Shown here: positions 51,701-64,000 of the stretch, piece after piece
How the letters are laid out: every line of letters begins with the position of its first letter
Position numbering within the stretch: the stretch's first letter is position 1
From: Octopus vulgaris
Lineage: Eukaryota
Length of the DNA: 64,000 nucleotides
Reading direction: 5' to 3'
Assembly: GCA_951406725.2 (NCBI GenBank)
Contig: OX597817.1
Coordinates: forward strand, 75,578,001 to 75,642,000
Position numbers and translations under genes: made by a program
The notes under the pieces: generated by a model
What the model was told of the DNA's origin: nothing
The model's database searches: none
The model's input: only the letters and a program-made list of their open reading frames with translations

Positions 51701-52576
51701 GACCTCTAAGACCAGTCCCCAAAACCACTGAACCATGAAAGACTAGCCGAGAAACAAAAAATCCTTTCAATTCCACATTGCTCTTCCTTCCCCCACCCTA
51801 ACCAACCTCCCACAATGTCCCTGAAGATAGCAAACAAACCATAGCTTCACACAAAATTAAAAATGCTAAAACAGGTCAATTCATCTCAAATTCTTTGTAA
51901 ACTCCTAAATATATCTCCTTCTGTGTATATATATATACTACTAAATATGACTCTTTTGAACTTCTATTTTTATTGAACTTTTTGTTTAATATTTTCTCAA
52001 GATATTTCCTTGTAAACTGTTTTTAATATTTTATTATTATCAAATAATGTATATATCTATTTTAATATTTTGTGACAACCAGTACTTAACACAACAAAGC
52101 TTATACAAAGCTTTACATTTTACTCTTGACAATCTTTTTCTAAAAAAGTGAAACCGGTCAAGTGAATAAACTTCTTTAATATTGCATTTTCAAACCCAGG
52201 AAGGACTAGTTCGACGAGTCGTGTTCTGTCCTCACCTTCAAAACACGCTGGAGTTGAACTAGGGACAGCTGATGAAGGGGATTTTTCCATGTGTAGTTGT
52301 CTTGTACTCTGTTTTTTCGTTGTTAAAAAAATGGTCTGTTCCATGCTTGTTTTTACTTTTCGTTTCTCGTTGAGTTCTACGTCTATTTGTAGTGTCCTGT
52401 ACTCACGTATATATATTTATATATGCATGTATATATACATGTAGATGTAGGTACGTACATATATGTTTGTATGTATGCATATATTTTATTGATTACACTA
52501 TTGTATGACTGAGCGCCCTCGCGTCGATTCGATTCGATTCGTTTCGTTTCGTTTCGTTTCTTCTTCTTCTCTAGCT

Positions 52577-52642
<66 letters not shown>

Positions 52643-52708
52643 TATTTATAAAAAAGTGAATACACACACATACACACCTATGTACAGATATATATATATA
52701 TATATATA

Positions 52709-53309
52709 ACTGAAGGATTAAAATTAATCAAAGGAAATATTAAATATGTCCACCTGCTGGAAATAACAGTCAAAACTTTATTTAAATTGCCAAAATACAC
52801 TGACAATAACTACAGAAATCAACTGTCTGAAGGCAAACAGGCTAAGACAATCTCCCAGTATGCATTAAAGTATTTGGACTCACGTGGACCGGTTTCTGCA
52901 CTGGCAAATAGCCTCAGTTTCCTCAGCACGTGTTACCATGATAGAGACCTCACCCAACCCATCGTCTTGAAGTATGCGCTGCAACTGATTTGTTTTGCGC
53001 CAGAATCATAGAAGCCACCAGTGAGAAAATAATTTTAATACAGAACAAATAATTCACGAAATTCCATATTGAAACACGACGGGTTGGGTGGTTTCTCTAT
53101 CATGGTAACACATGGTGAGGAGGCTGAGGATATTTGCCAATGCAGAAACCGCTCCATGTGAGTTCAAATACTTGAATGTATGTTGGAATACTGTCTTAGC
53201 ATGTTTGCCTTCGGACGGTTGATTTCTGTAGTTATTATAAGTGTATTTTGTCGATTTAAATGGGTTTTGACTGATTTAGTATGTTCTTTGATTAATTTTA
53301 ATCCTTCAG
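52709..53309. mobile_element. Inverted pair of pLTR-like segments (~250-bp arms), each with a degenerate hammerhead
   Basis: CTGAAGGATTAAAATTAATCAAAG / CTTTGATTAATTTTAATCCTTCAG outer ends. Hammerhead-like motifs at 52881-52932 (-) and 53109-53160 (+). Flanked by (TA)n. Confidence 0.75.
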
Positions 53310-53442
53310 GTACTTAATGTTTTTTTGGGGGCCTGCAATCGCCTATATTGTTTCTGCTATTATCATTTTTAAATTGTTGTACTAGATAATAACAGAGTCA
53401 ATGGTATCTTGGCAAATTATTTTTTCGTGAATTATTTGCTCC

Positions 53443-53496
<54 letters not shown>

Positions 53497-54330
53497 TTAC
53501 ATATATAATTTATATTTTTTAACATGTATACATGTGTGTATGTATATATATATATATAATTACATACATTGACATCTTTACAGGAATATAAATGCAGTGA
53601 AATAAATATGGGGCCAAAAGAATTTTATAAACAAGCATCAGAATCAAACGAAGGCAAAGAACATATTAAAATAAAAGAACTAACATATTCTCCTTCACTA
53701 TTTCGAATAAACAGAATCACTTATTTCACTTTTCGCGATTAGAGACGAAACAGAAGAAAATTAGGTAACTTGTCCCTTCTGTTACATAATTGAATATATT
53801 GCTAGGAGACAGCGTGGAGCCCCTGCAGTAGTTCAGAATACATAATAACTGAGCTGGAAGTTTGCTACTTATCTTTACCGTTTAAAAACTTCATCTTCGC
53901 TAAAATAATCACAATTTCAGAATACTTTATCTGATTTAACCTCCACTCTCCCAAGAAGGAAAACAAATAGTTATTTGACTTGTATATAAGTCTAGTAGGA
54001 TCGGTATGGTGCCTGGCTACGAGCCTAAAAGGCAAAAGTTCCACTTCTGCTATTAGTGATATTATTTTTCAATCGACAATATATTCAGCTCGTGCTGACA
54101 CTGTGAACTGTTCGCTAAATAGGTGATAGAAAATGGCAATAAAGGAAACATTGACGAATGAATTTTTGAAGTGTTCATTAATGAATTTAATTTCGGTTTT
54201 TAGGTGTAGCTCACACACGCACGCATGCATGCACCCACCCAAACCACATCACATATACGCAAAATGCATTTACGTATATACAATACATTGATGTATTTAT
54301 ATACCATAGTCAAATAAACAGAAAGGCATG

Positions 54331-54423
<93 letters not shown>

Positions 54424-55489
54424 TTATCTTTTTGTCTGTCTGTCTTGATGTCTGTTTCTATGTCAAGTTTTATCGATAAAAAAAAATTAAACACGATAAC
54501 ATTGAACTCAAATAGAGTTCATGTGTAATAAACTTTTACAAGGAGTTTATCCCCATCAAAATAAAAAAAAAAGAAACTTGCCAAAAAGATCAGACTCACG
54601 AAGACAAACTAAAATTTCAAAGTCACTATCAACGTTTTCCTTGTAAAACCTTCTTTTTGTTAACCCTGAGGCGACCCTGAAGAAGTAAACCTAGAACCAA
54701 AGGCAATTTATATTTGAATGTTGCTGCTTTTTTTTAGATGTATGTAGAGTTACAGAGTTACATTATCTAATGTGTCCAATTTTTTTAAACGGTGGAGTGT
54801 AAATTGAGAGAGATTTGGTTGCGATTTACAGAAAGTTGAACTGTCAGACAGAGGCTTCTCAAGAGTAATATTAGTGCATTAATGCTTTTGACTGCACAGA
54901 AAATCCCCCGCATATTTTCGAGAAGCGGGAATGGTATGTAACGTCAACGCCTCTTTCAAAGTCATTATTAGTGTAAAAGAAAATAGGATGGTTTCAACTA
55001 CGTATTTAGTCGTGCTCCAAGTCTGTCACCAATTCTACGTTGCTTGCTACTAGCAAAACAAGAGAATAAGGAAACAACAGACCTCCTCTTGCTTCCACCA
55101 TTTATTGCATTCATTTATTAACAGTAGCATGATCATAGATTCGTGCAAAGTTCTGAATACATTCCAAGAAATCAATTATGAACGTGATTTGCAAAGTTGA
55201 GTGATTTTTCCACATAATCAGTAATGGTTAATTTGCAGGCTTCTGCAGTTCAGCAGAAATGTTCTGAGCTAATATTGAATAACTCACTCACATAGTAATT
55301 AAGACTAATTTCTGTCAAAATTAATAAGAATCTTTAACAGTATGATGCCGAATTTGGCAAAATTTAATTTCCATTTCATAATCATGTAAACATTTACTTT
55401 TTGGTATCACATTAACGGTAAGGACCTAAATTAAAACCACAGCTCGAGTGGCAGTGGTCAACCCAATAGCGAGCAAATGACGTCTGTAG

Positions 55490-56525
55490 TGTACGTGGAA
55501 TCTAGGGGTGGGAGCATTTAGGGGATCTAGGAAGGTACGTGCAGTGCAGTGAGGCGTGTGGAATCTAGAGGTACATGCGGGACCCAGAAAGGCAGGTGGG
55601 GTCTAGTGAGGCATGTGGAGTCTGGAGGTACATGAGAGACATAAGGAGATATGGGTGGACTACAAGCATTCGGGGTTCAGGAAGGTATGTGGGGTCTAGA
55701 GATACATGTGGAGCATAGGGAGACACGCGGGAACTATCATCATTTGGGGTCCAGGAAGGTATGTGGGGTCTAGAGATACATGTGGAGCATAGGGAGACAC
55801 GCGGGAACTATCATCATTTGGGGTCCAGGAAGGTATGTGGGGTCTAGAGATACATGTGGAGCATAGGGAGACATGCGGGAACTATCATCATTTGGGGTCC
55901 AGGAAAGTATGTGGGGTCTCGAGGTACACAGGGAGACGTGCGGGGACTAGCATCAATTGGGGACCAGGAAGGCATGTAGAATCTAGTGAGGCATGTAGCG
56001 TCTAGAGGCACATGGGGGACGTAAGGAAACATGCAAGAAGTAGCATCGTTCGGAGTCCAGGAAGGCATGTGGGGGTCTAGAAGTACATGTGGGGCATAGG
56101 GAGACATGCGGGGACTAGTACCATTCGGGGTCCAGGAAGGTATGTGGGGGTCTAGAGGTACATATGGGGCATAGGGAGACATGCGGGAACTAGCATCATC
56201 CGGGGCCCAGAAAGGCATGTGGGAACTGGCAGAAACGTTAGCACGCCGGGCGAAATGCTTAGTGGTATTTCGTCTGCCGTTACGTTCTGAGTTCAAATTC
56301 CGCCGAGGTCAACTTTGCCTTTCATCCTCTCCGAGTCGATAAATTAAGTAGCAGTTACGCACTGGGGTCGATGTAATCGACGTAATCCGTTTGTCTGTCC
56401 TTGTTTGTCCCTTCCATGTTTAGCCCCTTGTGGGCAATAAAAAAATAAGAAAGGCATGTGGGATCTAGTAAAGCATGTAGAGTCTAGAGGTAGATGTAAA
56501 GCATAGGGAGACATGTGCGGACTAA
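55490..56525. repeat. G-rich 74-bp minisatellite, interrupted by a SINE
   Basis: TCCAGG recurs at 55750, 55824 and 55898 (74-bp period). Central units are near identical and edge units degenerate. Confidence 0.9.
56225..56447 (+). mobile_element. Family-A SINE (slightly 5'-truncated) with 16-bp TSD
   Basis: AGAAAGGCATGTGGGA at 56209-56224 and 56448-56463. Confidence 0.93.
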
Positions 56526-57421
56526 GGGCGGTGTGTTGGACCTACAATGGCCTGTGAAACTCGGAAGTGGCATTAGCGGTGGTAGTATTAAAATGGCTCT
56601 AATTTTAAGTTGATGGTCTACTCTAAAGAAGCCTGAAGTTGTTTGTTTTCCAGTTGCATTTACAATAATTTTATTACAATAATAAAGTAGTGATTATCAT
56701 ATCAAAATACATCCCTTTAGCATCAGTTTATTTTAAAGATGATTAAAGGTTGAAAAATTCAACATTAACATGCCGGTCTGGAAACATACAATATTTCATT
56801 GCAGCATTTTGTTATGCTGAGAAAACATCAAAAAACAAAATCAAAAACAACAGCAGGAAACAAAAACGAAACAAGATCGGAATTTGTTTATTCTTGTAAA
56901 CACTTCCATGAATATTTATTAAGAGATACTCAGATTCGTACTTGTTAGGGGACGTTTTTTTAAAAATACAATAGCTTCACTACTTCTTGGAAAAAGACTG
57001 TTGCTACTTCAGAACCTTTTAATACAGCTATAATAATATTTCTGTATCTTATTTATATCAATAATATGTTTTAATCGGTATTAAAATATGTCTCTATAGA
57101 GTTCTGTGCCTTTTAATAAGTGTTGCTGAATACTGCATGTAAATTTTACAATATGAATTTTTTTACGGTTATCTTTTGTAATTTGCTCGTACGCCTCGAA
57201 ATTCGTCAATGCTATTCCTGAAGTGTCATAGCACCTTTTGCTTTTTATGACTCTTTTACTGTTCCCTTTTGTGTCTTCTTTTGTTGCTTCCTGTACATTG
57301 CGAATATGCACTTGGCTACTATCACTGACTTTCTTTACTTTATTTATTACTGCTGTCTGTTCCTCCTTTTAGCCTTTTTCGACAAGTTTTATTACACCTG
57401 AGTACTGTATACAATAAGCTC

Positions 57422-57525
<104 letters not shown>

Positions 57526-57933
57526 CGCGCGCGTGCGTGTGTGTGTGCGTGCGAAATAAACAATTACAAAGAATACATATTTTTTCTTTCAATTTTTATT
57601 TTACAGTTAATCATACAGCATAATTGGTTTATACAACCGACACGTGTTTCTGTTGCATAGGGAGTATGCAGTTGTATTTGCAGCCAACTATTTTCAGCTA
57701 CGCGCTTTCACCCAGGGTCTGTTTACATTTATATGTTTGCGCGCACTATTTCCGGAAATTTGAAATATGGCACCATAGAGTATTCTTGAATTTATTCAGC
57801 GTAAGCTTTTACCTAAAAAAGAATTACTCTACTACCGGTTCTGAGTTTTTTAAAATATTTATTTCCGTTTGCACGTTGTCAGTTACATTCGCACATACAC
57901 ATACACACACATACGTTCACACACATATGCACA

Positions 57934-57977
<44 letters not shown>

Positions 57978-59858
57978 CATAAACGTATGTTTGACATTAG
58001 CCTAATGTACCACAATATATATTACATAACTGTGTGCTTCGATAGCATTCATTTTTCTCGACGCGTATATGATATGGAAATAACTTTAAAAAGTCGGTAG
58101 AGAACAAGGAAGGATATAGATGGATCGAGAGAGAAAGGGAGTGAATGAAAGAATGAAAGATAGAAAAAAGAAAAGAAGTTTCTGTATTTTCTGATATGTA
58201 TGAAATTAAAAGATCTGCGACCAATGTTTGTGTGACGAAACAAAAACTAGTGAAGAATCCCAACGGAACGAAAACAGAGAGAGAAAATATCAATTGTAAA
58301 TCAATATAGAAAATAAAGAGAACTTAGGAGATTAATATCTTGGTGAAAGAAAGTATTTCGTAGCTTATTCATTTTGATTGAGGCAATGTCAATACAACTG
58401 AGGGAAGAAAAACTTTCGTAGTATGAAAACTTTTATTTTATCGAAACCTCATTAAGCAATGTAATGGAAATAACAATACAATGTTAAAGAAACACTCGTT
58501 GAATACACAGTCCTCCCAGTATTTATAGCCGTGATGTTGTACATAGTGACGTTAATCATTCCTGTTTATGTAACTAAATCAGTATTTTTAATTCTTAGGA
58601 TATCAGAGTTATTCGTCGTGTGACAGGCAACTTTGGAAATATACTTCTGCCACCATGGGCAATATCAGGAAATATGGTGTATATACAACTTTTATCAAAT
58701 TTGTTAGTGCTAATACAAAATGATGAAATCAATGCTAATTTGTAAGGGGAAAATATCTATTTCTCTGTTATTTACTCCTCCTCCTCCTACACCTCCAGCT
58801 GCTCCACCTGCTGCTGCTGCTCCCCTGCTTCTCATCCTCATCCTATCCATGATTTTTTCTCTATCATCGTGCGTAGTGTTCATGAACTCATTGCCTGCCA
58901 TCAAGCCTTCTATGAGCACTCATCATGCTTCTCTTATGTTCATTCTCCTTTTATCGCTCTTTTACTCTCTCTTCTTCTCTCCAACCAACCAACCAACCAA
59001 CCAACATTTATATCACTATTATCATAACGAAATAGCAAAACTAATAACTAATATTAAACATATATTGTAAAAGAAGAAAACAATAAAAATAATAAAAAAC
59101 AATATAAAGTATTGAATAATTTTAATTCTTCTTTTCCATATGAAATTTACTATACTTTTTTTAGGCGCTAGACCGTTAATATTTCGGCAAGTTACGGAAC
59201 GAGTACGTCGCGATGACGAACACTCATTAAATATGGAATCTATTAGCATTGATTTTTATGTAACCACATATATGTGAATATATTTCTTACTGCTTAATGT
59301 TCCCAATGTTGTAATCATTAATTATATATTCTTCCGTATATAAACCTATAATGAAAAGAGACGAGATAAGAACTTAACAAAAAAGATGAACTGAAAACTT
59401 TCCAGTGGAAGAGAAATACCGTGTAATTTCTTAAAGACATATAGAAATTAAAATGAATATTAACAATAAGCAAAATAACATCATGATGATGAAAACGGCA
59501 GCCATGATGATAATATTTAGCAACATTCATTGACAATAACCACGTCAAACTAGCTACATTTAAATAACTGATTAAGAAGAAAAGTAAAACAATCTGTTGT
59601 ATGTAGTCACAATAACATTGGATTTAGAAAATATATTAAGATGAAATATTCTTTACCTGCAAGTTTGAGCGAAGCAGTTTACTATTTACAAACATAGGAA
59701 ACGCACACACACAACACAAATTATGTATATATTGTGGTTTCGGGTTCAATCCCGGTGTATGACACCTTGAACAAGTGCTTTCTACTATAACTCCAGACTA
59801 ACCAATGACTTGACGGAGTCTGGTAAACGGGAACTGTGTGAAAGTCCGTCGTACGTTC

Positions 59859-59916
<58 letters not shown>

Positions 59917-60053
59917 AGCTTTCACACACACACACACACACAGACACACACATGTATATATATAAATTACACAATTTTATATAGAGATTGTTAACTTTAA
60001 CAATACTCAGAAACAGGCTAGAATCGAAGTGCTCAACTTGAGCTAAGTTCCAA

Positions 60054-60202
60054 TTTATAATTTGAATGGAGGCAATACCAGCGGAAAACTAGAGGAACAT
60101 GACCTATTATCCAATAGAATATTCAATATATATGTACTACTCTATTGGATAATAGGTCATGTTCTTCTAGTTTTCCGCTGGCATTGCCTCCATTCAAATT
60201 AT
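60054..60202. repeat. Near-perfect palindrome (~63-bp arms, ~23-nt loop) ending in (TA)n
   Basis: TATAATTTGAATGGAGGCAATACCAGCGGAAAACTAGAGGAACATGACCTATTATCCAATAGA and its reverse complement with 2 mismatches. Confidence 0.9.
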
Positions 60203-60218
60203 ATATATATATATATAT

Positions 60219-60277
<59 letters not shown>

Positions 60278-60297
60278 GCGTGTGTGTGTGTGTGTGT

Positions 60298-60675
60298 GTA
60301 AAGGTAACATACAAGGATCAAGGTGTAGGAAGTTAGTGAGCTTCAAGCAATCCGTAAAAGATATAAAAACAACTTTCAAGATGAATAGTGGTTTATTGGC
60401 GCCGAAGGTTGTGAATTTTTCTCGTATCGAAGAACGATAAGCCGAAAAAAGTTAAATGGGGTTGTTGTTTCTGCGAATAAACATCCAAAAATTAGGGAAT
60501 GGAAGAGATAAAATGCAGGCTACTTATGTTTCATAACTAGCGAATCCTCGGAAGTAGTAAATTATCCAAACCAGGGTTAGACTGCAAGCTACTCTTCAGG
60601 CAGGGGATACCTTGGTTATATGAAGTTTACATTGTCTTTAGGAGATCCAGTGTAAACTCGCTGGGGGTTCATACT
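60298..60675 (-). mobile_element. ~380-bp dispersed repeat, copy 2, with long-stem-II hammerhead-like motif (60515-60605)
   Basis: Colinear with 39058-39445. Minus strand GC-CUGAAGA-GUAGC-[~48 nt]-GUUAU-GAAAC-AUAA-GUA-GC. Confidence 0.8.
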
Positions 60676-61159
60676 GTAATAACTGAAACAACTAGTGTAA
60701 CACTATCTTTATCCTTGAGTATCAACTGTTATTTCGTATTTTCTTATTATGGCTAATAATTCTTTTAAAATTTGCTCTTGTTACATTTATTCAAACCCCA
60801 AAGAATCTCTCTCAATACATGACTATGATGCTCTCCCACTACTCCTCCTCACAATCAGAGATGCACATATTGTCAGCCACTAAGGGACATGCTTAAGTGA
60901 TTAAAGTCAAGCAATTAACAAGCAAATCTGTGATATTGAGCAGAATGCTTGCTATAATAAGATTTCTGCTTCGGCAACTCAGTGCTGAATCTGTCTGAAA
61001 TGTAATGGAAAATAGATCAGTTTGAAAACATCGATGTCCGAGTTTCAAAAGCAAAGTTTGAAGGGAACAGTAGTAGTTTCCTTTGATTTTTAGGTACAAG
61101 CAAATAAAAAATTAAAATTTTGCTACACAGTGTAATCTCTCTCTCTTTCTGTGTGCGAG

Positions 61160-61236
<77 letters not shown>

Positions 61237-61271
61237 ATGTATGTATGTATGTATGTATGTATGTATGTATG

Positions 61272-61363
<92 letters not shown>

Positions 61364-61829
61364 TGATGAGTGTGTTTTGCAGTTACGTACATATATAAAA
61401 CGAAAGACGTCATTCACAGGGGAGTTTGAGTCGGTAGCATGCGCTATGCTATTGTCTATTATTTTAAAAACCTATTTTGTAATGAGATTCATTGGCATCC
61501 TTTCGGCTCAATCCGCTCTTAACCCGGCGGAATATCAAGATCAAGGGCATGTCAGCTGGAGGGAGGGAGAGAGGATGAGAGAGAGAGATAGAGAGAGAGA
61601 GAGGGAGAGGGAGATAGAATAAACTGGTATATAGAAAACAACCAGTTGATACATATTAAAACTGACTACAGAAATACGTAGACGAATCGATAGATTAGTG
61701 CTTGGTCCATTGGATTCTAGGGATATTACATTACATGAAGACTTGTGGTTATATAAAGTCGGTATGTAATGACATGTCGTTATGTAATGTACATGGAGAA
61801 CATAAGGCTAGCGTTTCCTTTCGCTGTAT

Positions 61830-62270
61830 TATCTACTTGTTTCACTCACTCGATTGCTCCCATACTGGGGCACCGCACTGAATGGATTAGTTGATCAAAT
61901 CGTACCCAATATCTATTTTTAAACCTGGTACTTCTCCTGTTGGTTGCTTTTGCCAAAGCGTTAACTTACAGAGATATAAGCAAGCTAATACCAGTTGTCA
62001 AACCAATACCAGTAGCGGAGAACACAAAGCACAAACACTAAGATATATACACACCACATAGACGCTCATAGCGATATATATATACATAGATATACACACA
62101 GATATACACACATACACATATATACGCATGCTTTTTTTAAATTTCCCTTTACGAAATCCACTCACAATGCTTTGGTCGGAATGAGGTTATAGTAGAAGAC
62201 ATTGCCCAAGGTGCAACGCAGTGAGACTGAACCCAAGATCACATGCTTGTGAATCAAGCTTCTTAACTAC
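61830..62270 (-). mobile_element. Old full-length family-B SINE
   Basis: Degenerate match to the whole family-B consensus. Confidence 0.7.
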
Positions 62271-62835
62271 ACACACACACACACACACAGGTACACACAC
62301 ACACGCACGCACGCACGCATACCCCCCTACACACGCAAAAACAAAATGAAATCAATGAAAATAGCTGAACACTTGTATATTATGGATTGCACTCACTGAT
62401 TGAAAGAATGAGCTGTACGTAGCCATAGAACCTATTAACATCCGAATTAATCGATCGGTTGAAAATTTAACATTTTTAGTCACGGAATAGCGCAGTGTTG
62501 TATGTATGGAACTCGATGGCATTTCGATTTCATTAGACATAAAATTCGAAATTTAAATCATGAACCGAGTACGTTATACGATTCTGTAGTGATTTCTTCT
62601 GGATGGATATTAGAAAAGATACAATTACGTAACGAGATGTTTAAAATAATGGTAGTGTTGCACTGCTAGTAGAAAGTAAGATAAAAATAAAACAAACCAA
62701 AACACATAAGTAAAAAATGTTATGGAGGCATTCCAAATGGGATTTATTGTAAAAGACGTAATAAAAATCATACTGGAAATCTGACATTGCTATAAACACC
62801 AGATTACATCGAGAAAGGAAGATATATAAAAATAA

Positions 62836-62927
<92 letters not shown>

Positions 62928-63158
62928 CTTCTTGATAATCTGTGTGTGTGTGTGTGTGTGTGTGTACATATATATGTTTATATAGTATGTTTTGAGTAAA
63001 AGTCAGGAAATGACAATGTAATGAAATAATAGGATACATTTATTTGAACAAATAGCAATAGGGCGAAAGAGGAAAGTTTCATTGTTCGAGAGATTATATG
63101 TAGCAGATATTATATAAAGTCACACAAAGTGCATCTGATAGAAATGGAAAAACCAAAC

Positions 63159-63242
<84 letters not shown>

Positions 63243-63468
63243 TATGTAAATATGTTATGGAATTAAGAAAGATCTATCAAGAGATATTTGTTGTTTATAG
63301 ATAATGACAAGGTCTATTTTTCAGGAAGTTTTCGTTACGACATCTAAATCGGGGTTACTTTATAGATAACTTCATACATAGTAAGCCTTCCCTTTCGGGC
63401 GAGCCATACATATATACATGTGCACTTACATAAATACATAGACATGTATATGTGTGTGTATGTATGTA

Positions 63469-63760
63469 TACCTACCTACCTACCTACTTACCTACCTACC
63501 TACCTACCTACCTACCTACCTACCTACCTACCTACCTACCTACCTACCTACCTACCTACCTACCTACCTACCTACCTACCTACCTACCTACCTACCTACC
63601 TACCTACCTACCTACCTACCTACCTACCTACCTACCTACCTACCTACCTAACTACCTACCTACCTACCTTCCTACCTACCTACCTACCTACCTACCTACA
63701 TATCTACCTACCTACCTACCTACCTACCTACCTACCTACATACATACATACATACATACA

Positions 63761-63790
<30 letters not shown>
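63469..63790. repeat. (TACC)n then (TACA)n microsatellite
   Basis: Seen directly; source of the (LPTY)n ORFs. Confidence 0.95.
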
Positions 63791-63796
<6 letters not shown>

Positions 63797-64000
63797 TATG
63801 TATCTGTATATATAAGTATATATATGTATATATATAGAGCAATAAGAAAATGGAGGGGATCAATAGGTGGTATTCATCAACTTTTAGTCATTATATTATG
63901 TCAATGTATTTACTTATTTACTAAAATGACAATTACAACAATATACATACATGTATAACATATTATGCTTTACATATATAATATATAAAGATACCAGTAA

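Noticed and set aside
52205-52290. Type II/III hammerhead (CTGTCC/GGACAG stem plus CUGAUGA)
   Set aside because: No GAAA in a usable position on either side; the region is better explained as a simple hairpin.
55844-56296. 150-aa proline-rich ORF
   Set aside because: Read through a SINE and the 74-bp minisatellite.
57081-57390. Lys-rich ORF resembling a pogo-type transposase C-terminal region
   Set aside because: Resemblance too weak; no DDE motif or TIRs found.
58710-59070. Pro/Ala- or Gly-rich ORFs
   Set aside because: Explained by CCT/GCT/CCAA simple repeats; no domain or splice support.
63469-63740. Telomeric repeat
   Set aside because: The unit is TAGG, not TTAGGG, and it grades into (TACA)n like an ordinary microsatellite.

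Overview
AT-rich, microsatellite-dense eukaryotic DNA. The SINE families and (TA)n/(CA)n/(TAGA)n content look like a coleoid cephalopod, most likely Octopus; this is recognition, not a database result. No host protein-coding gene can be supported, and almost all ORFs in the track are microsatellite or SINE artefacts. The window is a mosaic of mobile DNA: a decayed Helitron Pif1-helicase region with an intact 3' end (~11975-13831), a TIR-bounded decayed Tc1 element (25791-27565), an RTE LINE remnant, mariner/CR1/Penelope fragments, a Merlin-like palindromic MITE, a Helentron-type non-autonomous element, a probable solo LTR, a 74-bp minisatellite and dozens of tRNA-derived SINEs of at least three families. 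Two things stand out. (1) A 2.1-kb, TSD-bounded, ORF1-only (HAL1-like) L1/Tx1-type retroelement sits in the tRNA head of a SINE and has a candidate 5'UTR intron. (2) Short elements next to (TA)n/(TG)n tracts, often fold-back, carry type I hammerhead ribozyme motifs: one near-canonical and locked inside an antisense hairpin, one with an intact core and a 77-nt stem II, a two-copy long-stem-II family and a recurrent CUGUUGA core variant. These are consistent with Penelope pLTR/retrozyme-like mini-elements. Coordinates were read by eye and may be off by a few bases, especially for decayed repeats.
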